64,000 nucleotides of DNA from Halodesulfurarchaeum sp. (lineage in GTDB: Archaea; Halobacteriota; Halobacteria; Halobacteriales; Halobacteriaceae): contig JBDGUI010000007.1 in assembly GCA_042216015.1 (NCBI GenBank), forward strand, positions 1,652 to 65,651. The letters run 5' to 3'. The position numbers and the translations under genes were made by a program. The notes beneath the pieces were generated by a model. That model did not search any database. It was not told the origin of the DNA and worked only from the letters and a program-made list of their open reading frames with translations. Below, in pieces: positions 47,556-57,144 of this stretch (positions are counted from its first letter, which is position 1; each line of letters opens with the position of its first letter).

Positions 47556-49805
47556 CTACCGGACCGAATCCAGCAGGAGGCGCTGTTCGGTCCGCTTGAC
47601 CTCGTGTTGGACGTCCCGAACCGCGTCGATGTTCGCCGAGATGGAGGAGATTCCCTCCTCGACGAGGAAGTCGACCATCTCCGGTTTCGAGCCGGCCTGT
47701 CCACAGATGCTCGTGTCCACGTCGTGTTCCCGGCAGACCTCGATGGTCCGGCCGATGAGCTTGAGTACGGCGGGATGAAGTTCGTCGAAGCGGTCGGCGA
47801 CCCGCTCGTTGTTCCGGTCGACGGCGAGGGTGTACTGTGTCAGGTCGTTCGTGCCGAAGGAGGCGAAGTCGATTCCCTCCCTGGCCATCTCCTCGACGGT
47901 CATCACACTCGCCGGCGTCTCGATCATGACGCCCCACGAGCGCTTTTCGGGGTCGATGCCGACCGCTTCGAGGTGTGCTCTCGCCTGCTCGACGTCCGCG
48001 GCGTCGTTCACGAGCGGGAACATGATCTCCACGTTGTCGTATCCCATCTCGAAGAGGCGCTGGAGCGCCTCGAGTTCGTATTCGAAGATCTCGGGTTCCT
48101 CGAGGCTCCGCCGAATCCCGCGCCATCCGAGCATTGGATTGTGCTCGCTCGGCTCGTCGTTCCCGCCCTCGAGCTGTCTGAACTCGTCGGTCGGTGCATC
48201 GAGGGTCCGTACACGAACCGGCCGGGGGTAGAACTCCTCTGCGACCTCCCGAACGCCGGTGACGATCTCGTCTTTGTAAGCGTCCGCTCCGTGATCCGCG
48301 AGGTATCGCTGTGGGGTCTTGTTCGTCCCGAGGATCATGTGCTCCATCCGAAGCAGGCCTACCCCGTCCGCGCCGGTCGCCGCGGCCCGTTCGGCGGCCC
48401 CGGGGATCGAGATGTTGACCTTCACCTCCGTGGCAGTCATGGGCTTGACGGGGGCCTTGGGTCGTGCCTCCTCGATCGGCTCGCGTTCGGCCTGGGCGGT
48501 GTCTCGTCCCTCCCGAACGTCGCCGCGATCTCCGTCGATCGTGACGACCTGGTCGTCCTCGAGGACGTCCGTCGCGTTTCCGGTTCCGACGACAGCCGGG
48601 ACGCCGAGTTCCCGGGAGACGATGGCGGCGTGACTGGTCATCCCACCCTCCTCGGTGATGATTCCCGAGGCCCGTTTCATCGCTGGGACCATGTCCGGGG
48701 TCGTCATCGGCGTGACGATGATGTCTCCCTCCCCGACCTTGTCGAGCTGGTCGAGCTTGCGGATCGTTCGCACGGCTCCCGAGGCGATTCCCGGGCTTGC
48801 CCCGAGCCCCGACAGCAGGCTTTCGCCGTTCGACTCCTCGTCGTGTTCGCCCTCCTTTCCCTCCTCGATCGTCGTGATCGGGCGGGACTGAAGCATGTAC
48901 ACCGTCCCGTCGGCGATCGCCCACTCCACGTCCTGGGGGGTCCCGTAGTGGTCCTCGACCCGCTCGCCCATCGCGACGAGTTCCTCGATTTCCTCGTCGG
49001 TGAGGACCCGCGCCGTTCGCCTGTCTCCCTCGATCGGCTCGGTGACCGTCTCGCCGGTTTCGGGATCCCGGACCATCTCCAGTTTCTTCTCGGCAACGGT
49101 GGCCTCTTCGAGGTCGCCCGTCTCCCGATCGACGTGGTAGTTATCCGGGGAGACCGACCCCGAGACGACCGCCTCGCCCAGCCCCCAGGCGGCCTCGATG
49201 ATCGTCTTTTTCTTCCCGGTGGAGGGATGGCTGGTGAACAGCACCCCGCTCTTCTCGGCGTCGACCATCTGCTGGACGACGACGGCGATGTCCACCGCGT
49301 CGTGGGCGAATCCCTGTTGCTCGCGGTAGTAGATCGCTCGCTGCGTGAAAAGCGACGCCCAGGCCCGTCGCACGCGGTCCAGGAGCTGGTCACCCCGGAC
49401 GTTGAGGTAGGTCTCCTGCTGTCCGGCGAAACTGGCCTCCGGCAGGTCCTCGGCGGTTCCCGATGAGCGGACCGCGACGAAGGGTTCCTCCCCGTCGAGG
49501 TCCCCGTATGCCGCTATGATCTCCTCCTCGATGGCCTCGGGCACCGGCGTCTCCAGAATCAGTTCCTTCGCGCGCGATTCGGCCTCCGCGAGCGCCCCCG
49601 AGTCCTCGGTCTCAACGTCGACGGCTGCGAACAGCTCCTCGGCGATGCCGGTGTCTTCGATGAACGAGCGATACGTGTCCGCGGTGACGACGAACCCGGG
49701 CGGGACGGGGAGGCCCGCGTCGGTCATCTCCCCCAGGGAGGCCCCCTTCCCGCCGACGCTTTCGATGTCGTCGGTCCGTACGTGATCCAGCCAGCGTACT
49801 GCCAT
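47556..49805 (-). CDS. ppsA: Phosphoenolpyruvate synthase
   Basis: VGGKGASLGEM, AVRSS, SFAGQQET, GGMTSHAAIVSRELG, FGTNDLTQ. Confidence 0.96.
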   Translation of the reverse strand: MAVRWLDHVRTDDIESVGGKGASLGEMTDAGLPVPPGFVVTADTYRSFIEDTGIAEELFAAVDVETEDSGALAEAESRAKELILETPVPEAIEEEIIAAYGDLDGEEPFVAVRSSGTAEDLPEASFAGQQETYLNVRGDQLLDRVRRAWASLFTQRAIYYREQQGFAHDAVDIAVVVQQMVDAEKSGVLFTSHPSTGKKKTIIEAAWGLGEAVVSGSVSPDNYHVDRETGDLEEATVAEKKLEMVRDPETGETVTEPIEGDRRTARVLTDEEIEELVAMGERVEDHYGTPQDVEWAIADGTVYMLQSRPITTIEEGKEGEHDEESNGESLLSGLGASPGIASGAVRTIRKLDQLDKVGEGDIIVTPMTTPDMVPAMKRASGIITEEGGMTSHAAIVSRELGVPAVVGTGNATDVLEDDQVVTIDGDRGDVREGRDTAQAEREPIEEARPKAPVKPMTATEVKVNISIPGAAERAAATGADGVGLLRMEHMILGTNKTPQRYLADHGADAYKDEIVTGVREVAEEFYPRPVRVRTLDAPTDEFRQLEGGNDEPSEHNPMLGWRGIRRSLEEPEIFEYELEALQRLFEMGYDNVEIMFPLVNDAADVEQARAHLEAVGIDPEKRSWGVMIETPASVMTVEEMAREGIDFASFGTNDLTQYTLAVDRNNERVADRFDELHPAVLKLIGRTIEVCREHDVDTSICGQAGSKPEMVDFLVEEGISSISANIDAVRDVQHEVKRTEQRLLLDSVR

Positions 49806-49985
49806 GTGGCAGGTGTATGATTCCGGAGTGGACCCATGAAGGTTGCGGCAATTCGTTCGAGTCATTTTGGAGTCGGCCACGCCGCCCGGGCCCGGCGGTA
49901 GTCAAAGGAGAGGAACCGGTTCGGAAGAGGGGGGTGACTGGATGCGTGGCGGAATATTGAAACCACGTCCGCGCATGGCCCCGAC

Positions 49986-50414
49986 ATGGACCAGAAACGC
50001 TCGCTCCGATGGGCGGTCCGGTACTTCCTCTCCACCACCGCCCTGTCGTTGCTCGGGGTGGCCCTCGTCGGTCTCGGTGGGTACCTCGTCTACAGTGGTC
50101 TCGTGCTGGGTCCGGACACGCTCTTCGGGTTTCGATACCCCCACTTCACGACCCAGAGCTATCTCGGGCTTCTGCCGGTCGTCCTCGGCCTCGCGGTATG
50201 GCGGCTCGGCAAGGCGTGGGCGCTTTATCACACGATGACCGGGGCGATGGAGGAGGAACTGGGGGACACCTTCGACACCGAACACGTCAAAAGCGACATC
50301 GTCGCGGTGCTCGACGACCGCCTCGCGGACATGCAACAGGACCTCCAGTCGGTCAACCGCGAACTCAGGGAGGTCAAGCAGGATGACGACTTCGAATTCG
50401 GGTCCGAGGACTGA
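49986..50414 (+). CDS. Hypothetical membrane protein with C-terminal coiled coil
   Basis: Two TM helices and an acidic heptad tail. Confidence 0.7.
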   Translation: MDQKRSLRWAVRYFLSTTALSLLGVALVGLGGYLVYSGLVLGPDTLFGFRYPHFTTQSYLGLLPVVLGLAVWRLGKAWALYHTMTGAMEEELGDTFDTEHVKSDIVAVLDDRLADMQQDLQSVNRELREVKQDDDFEFGSED

Positions 50415-50533
50415 CCCGACTCGATTTCTCGACGGACAGGCTTCACGAGCCGAGTCCATCGGCTCGCTCGCCGACCGAGATGGCATGAGTTAAAGTCCGC
50501 GGACACCACGTTTGCTGATGGTGACCGAACCCA

Positions 50534-51229
50534 ATGGCTGAGCTTCCCGAGGAATTCAACTGCACCATCACGAACTGGGATTACATTTACGGCCTCAGTC
50601 GCACCGTCGCGGACCAGGTCAAGGCCGCGGAGTTCGAACCCGACGTCATCGTGGCGCTGGCCCGGGGGGGCTGGTTCTCCGGGCGGGTGCTGTGTGATTT
50701 CCTCGGTCTCGACGACCTGACGAGCCTCAAGATGGAACACTACGTCGGGACGGCCGCGAAATCCGACGAACCGGAGATCCGCTACCCGATGCCCGAGGGC
50801 TCGGTCGCGGACAAGGACGTGCTCATCGTGGATGACATCGCGGACACCGGGGAATCGATCCGACACGCCTACGAGTACGTGACCGACCGTGATTCAGGCG
50901 AGGTCCGGACGGCCACGCTCCAGCTCCTCCAGACGAGCGAGTTCGAGCCCGACTTCGTCGGCGAACGCCTCCAGGAGTGGACCTGGGTCGTCTATCCCTG
51001 GAACTTCATCGAGGACATGATCGACCTCGTCGCCGGCGTCATGGAGAAGGGCGGCGATGGCCCGTACACGAAGACCGAGATTCGAAACCTCCTGTCCACG
51101 TATCACGACGTCGACCGCATCGAGATGGAGATCGCCCAGCCGAACCGGCTGGAGGAGGTTCTCGAGGAGATGGTTCGTCGGGAGGTGATCGTCCGGAGCG
51201 GCGATTCCTGGACTCTCGCCGAGGACTGA
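50534..51229 (+). CDS. Type I phosphoribosyltransferase (purine salvage-like)
   Basis: ALARGG and VLIVDDIADTGES PRPP-binding loop. Confidence 0.9.
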   Translation: MAELPEEFNCTITNWDYIYGLSRTVADQVKAAEFEPDVIVALARGGWFSGRVLCDFLGLDDLTSLKMEHYVGTAAKSDEPEIRYPMPEGSVADKDVLIVDDIADTGESIRHAYEYVTDRDSGEVRTATLQLLQTSEFEPDFVGERLQEWTWVVYPWNFIEDMIDLVAGVMEKGGDGPYTKTEIRNLLSTYHDVDRIEMEIAQPNRLEEVLEEMVRREVIVRSGDSWTLAED

Positions 51230-51283
51230 CTCGCCCCGAGCGTGAACCCAACGGTTTAGGTCGAGTCGCGAAAAGAGCACGTT

Positions 51284-52135
51284 ATGATCGGCTTCATCGG
51301 CGGCAGCGGCATTTACGAGGCCCTTCCGCTCGCGAACGTCCGGGAGCGAAACGTCTCGACGCCGTTTGGGGAGCCAAGCGCGCCCGTGACCATCGGCACG
51401 TACGAGGGGACCGGGACCGAAGTCGCCTTCATCCCGCGACACGGGCGCCACCACCAGTACTCACCGACAGACCTCCCCTATCGGGCGAACATCTACGCCC
51501 TCAAGTCCCTCGGCGTCGAACGCGTCATCGCGAGCAACGCGGTCGGGAGTCTCCGGGAGGATCTCGAACCCCGAACGCTGGTGATCCCGGACCAGCTGTT
51601 CGATCGCACTCGTCACCGCGAGTACAGCTTCTTCGGCGAGGGGATGGTTGTCCACCAGGGCTTCGCGGAGCCCTTCTGTCCCGACCTCTCCGGGACGCTC
51701 GTGGCAGCGGCCGAATCGGCGACTGACGCGTCCGTCGCCGACGGCGGCACCTACGTCACGATCGAGGGGCCACAGTTCTCCACCCGCGCGGAGAGCGAGT
51801 TCTACCGGGAACAGGGCTTTGACATCATCGGTATGACCGCCATCCCGGAGGCGAAACTGGCCCACGAAGCCGAACTCTGCTATGCGACGGTGGCCGGCGT
51901 GACCGACTGGGACGTCTGGAAGACAGACAGCACGGTCTCACTCGAGGAGGTGCTGGAGAACGCTTCGCACAATGAGCGCGCGATTCAGGCAGTCGTCGGG
52001 GCGGCGATCGAGTCGCTCGGTGAGCGGGACTGTGACTGCGAGTCGGCCCTCGAGGGCACCATCAACACCGATCCCGAACACGTCCCGAAAGAGACCCTCG
52101 AATCCGTGGAGTTGTTGGTCGAGGACTACCTGTGA
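51284..52135 (+). CDS. mtnP: S-methyl-5'-thioadenosine phosphorylase
   Basis: IGFIGGSG, PRHG, YRANIYAL, EGPQFSTRAES, GMTAIPEA. Confidence 0.92.
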   Translation: MIGFIGGSGIYEALPLANVRERNVSTPFGEPSAPVTIGTYEGTGTEVAFIPRHGRHHQYSPTDLPYRANIYALKSLGVERVIASNAVGSLREDLEPRTLVIPDQLFDRTRHREYSFFGEGMVVHQGFAEPFCPDLSGTLVAAAESATDASVADGGTYVTIEGPQFSTRAESEFYREQGFDIIGMTAIPEAKLAHEAELCYATVAGVTDWDVWKTDSTVSLEEVLENASHNERAIQAVVGAAIESLGERDCDCESALEGTINTDPEHVPKETLESVELLVEDYL

Positions 52136-52207
52136 TCGAAAGCTGACGCTTCTCCGGACCAGCCCGTGTGATCAGTTCGTGGCAGGTGGCTCCTCTCCCA
52201 CATCTGA

Positions 52208-53164
52208 TCAGGAAGCACTCTCCGAATCGGAACCTTTCACCGAATCGGACGGGGGATCCTCCTCGGGGTCTGAATTGGACTCGGGGGGTGTCTCCGATCC
52301 GGAGGCCCCCTCGGAATCGGACTCGGGCTCCTGATAGAGTGTGCCCGAATCCTGCCCGTCGCCGAGTCCGCGATCCTGAATCCACAGGTCCCCGAAGAGG
52401 TCGTCCTGCTCGAGGTACACCTCGCCGCGGTGGGAGAGAAAGAGCAGGGCGAGGAAGGTCTCGATCCGGGACCCGGCGGCTACAGATATTTCGGCATAGA
52501 GCACCTCGGACCGGCCACGATCGTACCGCTTCGCGAGCGCTTCGGCGACGGCCTCGATGAGTTCGTCGATGTCTTCGTCGTGGGCCGTGCCGGTGACGGC
52601 CGATTCGTCCGGCTCACCCTCCGATCGGGTCTCGTCGCCCGACCGATAATCGAGGGTCTGCACCCCGCGGAGAAAGCCGTGGGGCGAGTGCTCCGTGTCA
52701 TAGCTCCGTCCGGTCTTCCACCACGAGCCCCGCTCGGCCTCGCGGAGTTCGCGGACGAGTTCGTCGAGGGTCTCAGGAGTGCCGCGGGCCGAGCGGCGCT
52801 CGAGCCGGCGGTCCATCTCCGCCTCGAGTTCGTCGATCGGATCGCCCACGCCCGGGGTCGGACCGTCGAACCTGGTCGGCTCCTCGAAGGGATCGATCCG
52901 CTCCGGCTCATCGGGCTCGTGGTCGAGATCCTCGGCAAACAGCTCGTCGCTCTTCATCCGCAACAGGACGCTGGCGTAGAACAGCGCCCGCCCCGAGGAG
53001 CGGATCTCGCCGTCGTCGAGGGCCGACAGGAACGCGTCCGTGACCCGGATGATGTCGATGTCCCAGGGGTCGATCTCGCCACGTTCGGCGAGCCCGACGA
53101 GCACCTCGACCGGTTCGACCGGCTCTTCGTCCTCGGGGATGTCAACCGATGCGACCTCAGTCAT
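52208..53164 (-). CDS. scpA: Segregation/condensation protein A (kleisin)
   Basis: GEIDPWDIDI, LLRMKS, FLALLFL...YLEQDDLFG; overlaps the smc end. Confidence 0.92.
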   Translation of the reverse strand: MTEVASVDIPEDEEPVEPVEVLVGLAERGEIDPWDIDIIRVTDAFLSALDDGEIRSSGRALFYASVLLRMKSDELFAEDLDHEPDEPERIDPFEEPTRFDGPTPGVGDPIDELEAEMDRRLERRSARGTPETLDELVRELREAERGSWWKTGRSYDTEHSPHGFLRGVQTLDYRSGDETRSEGEPDESAVTGTAHDEDIDELIEAVAEALAKRYDRGRSEVLYAEISVAAGSRIETFLALLFLSHRGEVYLEQDDLFGDLWIQDRGLGDGQDSGTLYQEPESDSEGASGSETPPESNSDPEEDPPSDSVKGSDSESAS

Positions 53165-56100
53165 CCGCGACCGCCTCCCGACCGGCGAGGTCGATGCCCG
53201 TGACCGCCGAGATGTTGTCCTCCTGCATCGTCACGCCGATGGCGCGTTCGGAGCGCTCGAGCATGGCCGATCGGTGGGAGACGACGACGAACTGGGCCTC
53301 GCTTGCCAGTTCGTCGACCATCTCGCCCACCCGCTCGGCGTTTGCGGCGTCGAGGAACGCGTCGATCTCGTCGAGTGCGTAAAACGGGGCCGGGTTGTAT
53401 CGCTGGATCGCGAAGATGAACGCGAGGGCGGTCAATGACTTCTCGCCGCCCGACATGGCGTCGAGTCGCTGCACGGGCTTGTCCCCGGGCTGGGCTCGCA
53501 TCGTCATGCCCCCCTCGAAGGGCTCCTCCGGATTCTCGAGTGAGAGTTCGCCGGTCCCATCCGAGAGTCGCTCGAAGATGTCCTGGAACTGCTCGTTGAT
53601 CGCCTCGTAGGCGTCCATGAAGTTCTCCCGCTTGAGCCGGTCGTAGCGGTCGATCCGGTCCTCGATGGCCGCTCGCTCCTCGCTCAGTTCGTCCCGCTTC
53701 TCCGTGAGCCGATCGAGGACCGTCTCGACCTTCTCGTAGTCCTCGATGGCCTTCATGTTGACCGGCTCGAGCCGGCTCATCTGGCGTTCGAGGCGTCTGA
53801 CGTTCTTCTCGACGGTGTCCAGATCCGGAATGTCCCCGGGTTCGGTCTCCTCGACGGACTCCTCGAGTTCGGTGATCTCGGCCTCCAGTCGACCGGCCGA
53901 CTGTTCGAGACTCCGGATGCGGTTCTGCAGGCTGTCGACCTCGTTTTTCGTCTCGTCCCGTGTCTTCCGGGCCTCGGCCAGTTCCTCCCGCAGTTCCTCG
54001 CGTTCGGCCTTGAGATTGGCCAGCTCGTCCTCGAGTTCCTCGATCGCGGCCTTCTTTTCCTCGAGTCGCTCCTCGCGGTCCTCGATCTCCGCCTTCAGCT
54101 CGTCGATTCGCTCCTCCTGTTCGGCCTTGGTGTTCTGGGCGGCCTCGACGTCCTCGTGAAGGTCCTCGATCGCCGACTCGGCGTACTCTTTTTCCAGTTC
54201 GAGGCTGTTGAGCTCCCCGTCGATCTCGTCGATCCGGTCCTCGATCTCGGCCACGTCGGCCTGGAGGGATTCCTTTCGGTCGGTGAGTTCGGGGATCTTC
54301 GAGTCCGCGAGTTCGGCCTCCAGGTCCTCGATCTCCGCCCGCTTTGTCTCGATCTCGGAGGTCGTCTCCTCGATCTGCTCGTCGAGTTCGGCCATCTCCT
54401 CGTTGACCGCCTCGCGCTCCTCTTCGAGGTCCTCGATCCGCTGTGTGAGCGAGTCGATCTCCTCCCGTGTGTCTTCCAGTTCCCGCTCGGCGCGACCGCT
54501 TTCGGCCTCGATCTCCCGAACCCCATCGAGGGCGTCGGCCCGCTTCTCCCGGGCCCGCTCGATCTGCTCCTCGAGGTCGTCGATGTCGCCGGCGATTGCA
54601 GCTCGCTCGTCCTCGAGTTCCTCGATCCGCTCGGCGACCCGCTTGAGCTGTCCCTCGCCCGTCGCCTCGAAGGAGTAGCGCGATCCGGAGCCGCTGCCGC
54701 CGGTCATCGCGCCGCTCTTCTCGACGAGGTCGCCCTCGAGGGTCACGAGTCGGTACTCCCCCATGAACTCCCGGGCGGTGCCCATGTCTTCGACGACGAG
54801 CGTGTCTCCCAGAACGTAGGAGAAGACCGGGGCGTATTCCCTGGCGAAGTCCACGAGGTTGTACGCGAAGTCGATTACCCCCGGATGGTCGGGCGGGTCG
54901 GGCAGATACCGGTCGTCCATCTTCGTGATCGGGAGGAATGTCGCCCGACCGGCGTTCCGGGACTTGAGGTACTCGATACAGCGCTCGCCGACCTCGTCAT
55001 CGGCAACGACGACGTGGGCCATTCGCCCCCCGGCGGCGGTCTCACAAGCCGTGGCGTACTCCCGATCGACGCTGCCGAGTTCCGCGATTGCCCCGTGGAC
55101 CCCGTCCATGTCGGCATTGAGGATCGTCGTCACCGAGCGGCCAAAGGAGCTGTCGCCGTTCTCGTCGGCTCGGGCCTCGAGGGTGGCGTACTCCTTCCGT
55201 GCATCCTCGAGGTCCGATTCGATCGATTCGAGGTCCGACTGTCGCTCTGCCTTCTCCGCCTTGAGGTCCTCGATGACGTCCTCGATCTGTGCCTTGTTCT
55301 CGCGGGACTTCTCGAGTTCGCGTTCGAGGTCTCTGATTCTTTCCTCGAGTTCCTCGGCCCGCTCCCGGGCGTCCTCGAGGTCCGATTTGGCGGTTTCGAG
55401 CTCCGTCGAACGCCGACGTGCCTCGTCCAGGTGGCGGTCCTTCTCGCGCTGGAGTTCGTTTCGCTCCGCCTTCTTCTCCTCGAGTTCGGTCTTTACGGCC
55501 TCGAGGTCGGCCTTCAGGTCGTCGAAGGCCGTGTCGACCGCCTCCATTTCGGCCTCCACCTCCTCGATCTCGCCCTCGAGGGTCTGCTTCTCCCCGGCGA
55601 GGGAGGCCTTCTCGACCTTCAGCTCCCGAATATCGCCCTCGAGTTCGTCGATTTCCTCCTGCTTGCGGTCGATCTTGACGAAGGCCTGTCGGCGCGTCTC
55701 GGTCGCTTCCTGGATACGCTCCTCTGCCCCCTCGATGCGATCCTCGAGTCCGGAGATCTCCCCCTTGAGCTCCTCCATCTCGCCCTTCAGTCGGAGTTGC
55801 TCGTCTTCGCCTTTCCGCTCGATTTCGGCGTCGAGGTCCGCGAGATCCTCCGTGAGCCGGGTGACCGTCTCCTCCCGCTCGGCGAGTTCGGCCTGCAGGT
55901 CCGCGAGTTCGTCCTCGCGGGCCTCGATGTCAGCCCGCGTGTCTGCGAGTTCCTGTCGTCGCTCGTCGAGTTCGGCGAGGTCCCGATAAGCCTCGTATTC
56001 CTGTTTCTCCTCGCGGAGTCCCTGATACTCGAGGGCCGTCTCGCGCTCGTCCTCGAGCTGATCGAGTCGCTCCCGCTTCTCCTCGATCCGGAGTTCGGCC

Positions 56101-56729
56101 TCGCCGATCTTCTCGCGGACCGCCTCGAGTTCCGTCTCGGCGTCCGCCTTCTTCCGATCGAACTCCGCGACGCCGGCGATCTCGTCGATGAGCTCCCGGC
56201 GCTCGTGGGGGGTCATCTGGATGATGCCGGTTACGTCGCCCTGCATGACGACGTTGTACCCCTCTGGGGTGACTCCCGCACTCGAGAGGAGATCCTGGAT
56301 GTCAGAGAGGTTGACCGATCGGCCGTTGAGGTAATAATAGGAGTAGTAGTTGTCCTCGGTCTGCTTGATCCGGCGCTTCACCCGGATCTGGTCGACCTCC
56401 TCGACCGTCTCGGTCCCGAGCGCGGCGGCGAGTTGGGAACTCGTGATCGTTCGATCCTCGTTTGCCAGGGTCACCTCGACGTGAGCCTCCCGTGCTCCCT
56501 GGTGGTCGCGGTCTTCCTCGTGGGCCGGGTTGTAGATGAGGTCGGGGAGTTTCTGGGCCCGCATACCCCTGGTCCGGGCCAGTCCCAGCGCGAACAGGAT
56601 CGCGTCGATGATGTTCGACTTTCCCGAGCCGTTCGGTCCGCTAATCGTGGTGAAGTCCTCGTAAAACGGGATCCTGGTGGTTCGTCCGAAGCTCTTGAAG
56701 TTCTCCAGGACGATCTGGTCTATGTGCAT
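53157..56729 (-). CDS. smc: Chromosome segregation protein SMC
   Basis: GPNGSGKSN, hinge, MSGGEKS, LDEIDAFLD. Confidence 0.97.
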   Translation of the reverse strand: MHIDQIVLENFKSFGRTTRIPFYEDFTTISGPNGSGKSNIIDAILFALGLARTRGMRAQKLPDLIYNPAHEEDRDHQGAREAHVEVTLANEDRTITSSQLAAALGTETVEEVDQIRVKRRIKQTEDNYYSYYYLNGRSVNLSDIQDLLSSAGVTPEGYNVVMQGDVTGIIQMTPHERRELIDEIAGVAEFDRKKADAETELEAVREKIGEAELRIEEKRERLDQLEDERETALEYQGLREEKQEYEAYRDLAELDERRQELADTRADIEAREDELADLQAELAEREETVTRLTEDLADLDAEIERKGEDEQLRLKGEMEELKGEISGLEDRIEGAEERIQEATETRRQAFVKIDRKQEEIDELEGDIRELKVEKASLAGEKQTLEGEIEEVEAEMEAVDTAFDDLKADLEAVKTELEEKKAERNELQREKDRHLDEARRRSTELETAKSDLEDARERAEELEERIRDLERELEKSRENKAQIEDVIEDLKAEKAERQSDLESIESDLEDARKEYATLEARADENGDSSFGRSVTTILNADMDGVHGAIAELGSVDREYATACETAAGGRMAHVVVADDEVGERCIEYLKSRNAGRATFLPITKMDDRYLPDPPDHPGVIDFAYNLVDFAREYAPVFSYVLGDTLVVEDMGTAREFMGEYRLVTLEGDLVEKSGAMTGGSGSGSRYSFEATGEGQLKRVAERIEELEDERAAIAGDIDDLEEQIERAREKRADALDGVREIEAESGRAERELEDTREEIDSLTQRIEDLEEEREAVNEEMAELDEQIEETTSEIETKRAEIEDLEAELADSKIPELTDRKESLQADVAEIEDRIDEIDGELNSLELEKEYAESAIEDLHEDVEAAQNTKAEQEERIDELKAEIEDREERLEEKKAAIEELEDELANLKAEREELREELAEARKTRDETKNEVDSLQNRIRSLEQSAGRLEAEITELEESVEETEPGDIPDLDTVEKNVRRLERQMSRLEPVNMKAIEDYEKVETVLDRLTEKRDELSEERAAIEDRIDRYDRLKRENFMDAYEAINEQFQDIFERLSDGTGELSLENPEEPFEGGMTMRAQPGDKPVQRLDAMSGGEKSLTALAFIFAIQRYNPAPFYALDEIDAFLDAANAERVGEMVDELASEAQFVVVSHRSAMLERSERAIGVTMQEDNISAVTGIDLAGREAVADD

Positions 56730-56744
56730 CTGGTGTGGCGTGAG

Positions 56745-57032
56745 TTAGCCGACGAGGATGTCGTCCCCGATGGTCTCGACGTCCTCGAGACCACTCTCTG
56801 CCGATTCCGCGGAGCCTTGCTGCCCCGACTCGGATCCGCCCTCGGCCGCTGCGAACAGTTCCTCCACGGTCTTCGACTCGGTCCCCTCTTCGCCTGCAGC
56901 GTCCGCTCCGTCGAGCTGGGATTCCAGTTCTCGAACCCGCTCCTGCAGGTCGAGCAGTTCGGCCGTCAGGCCGTCGACGGTGGCAGCGAGTTCGTCCACG
57001 CGGGCTGCGGCGGGGTCGTCGCCGTCAGTCAT
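56745..57032 (-). CDS. Small acidic coiled-coil protein upstream of smc
   Basis: RVDELAATVDGLTAELLDLQERVRELE; C-terminal DDILVG. Confidence 0.75.
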   Translation of the reverse strand: MTDGDDPAAARVDELAATVDGLTAELLDLQERVRELESQLDGADAAGEEGTESKTVEELFAAAEGGSESGQQGSAESAESGLEDVETIGDDILVG

Positions 57033-57144
57033 GGATAGACGAACCACCGTGAAGGCCTTAAACCGTGTGGCAGACGCGTGTCAGACATCTGCCTCAGCCG
57101 CCCCTTCGTCAGGCCTATAGCCCTCGGCGCGGAACCGATTGCCA

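Noticed and set aside
54156..57038. 960-aa + strand ORF and similar long antisense ORFs (e.g. 223-1596, 41459-42994, 47604-49466)
   Set aside because: Antisense shadows of smc and other real genes, typical of high-GC codon bias; no recognisable motifs
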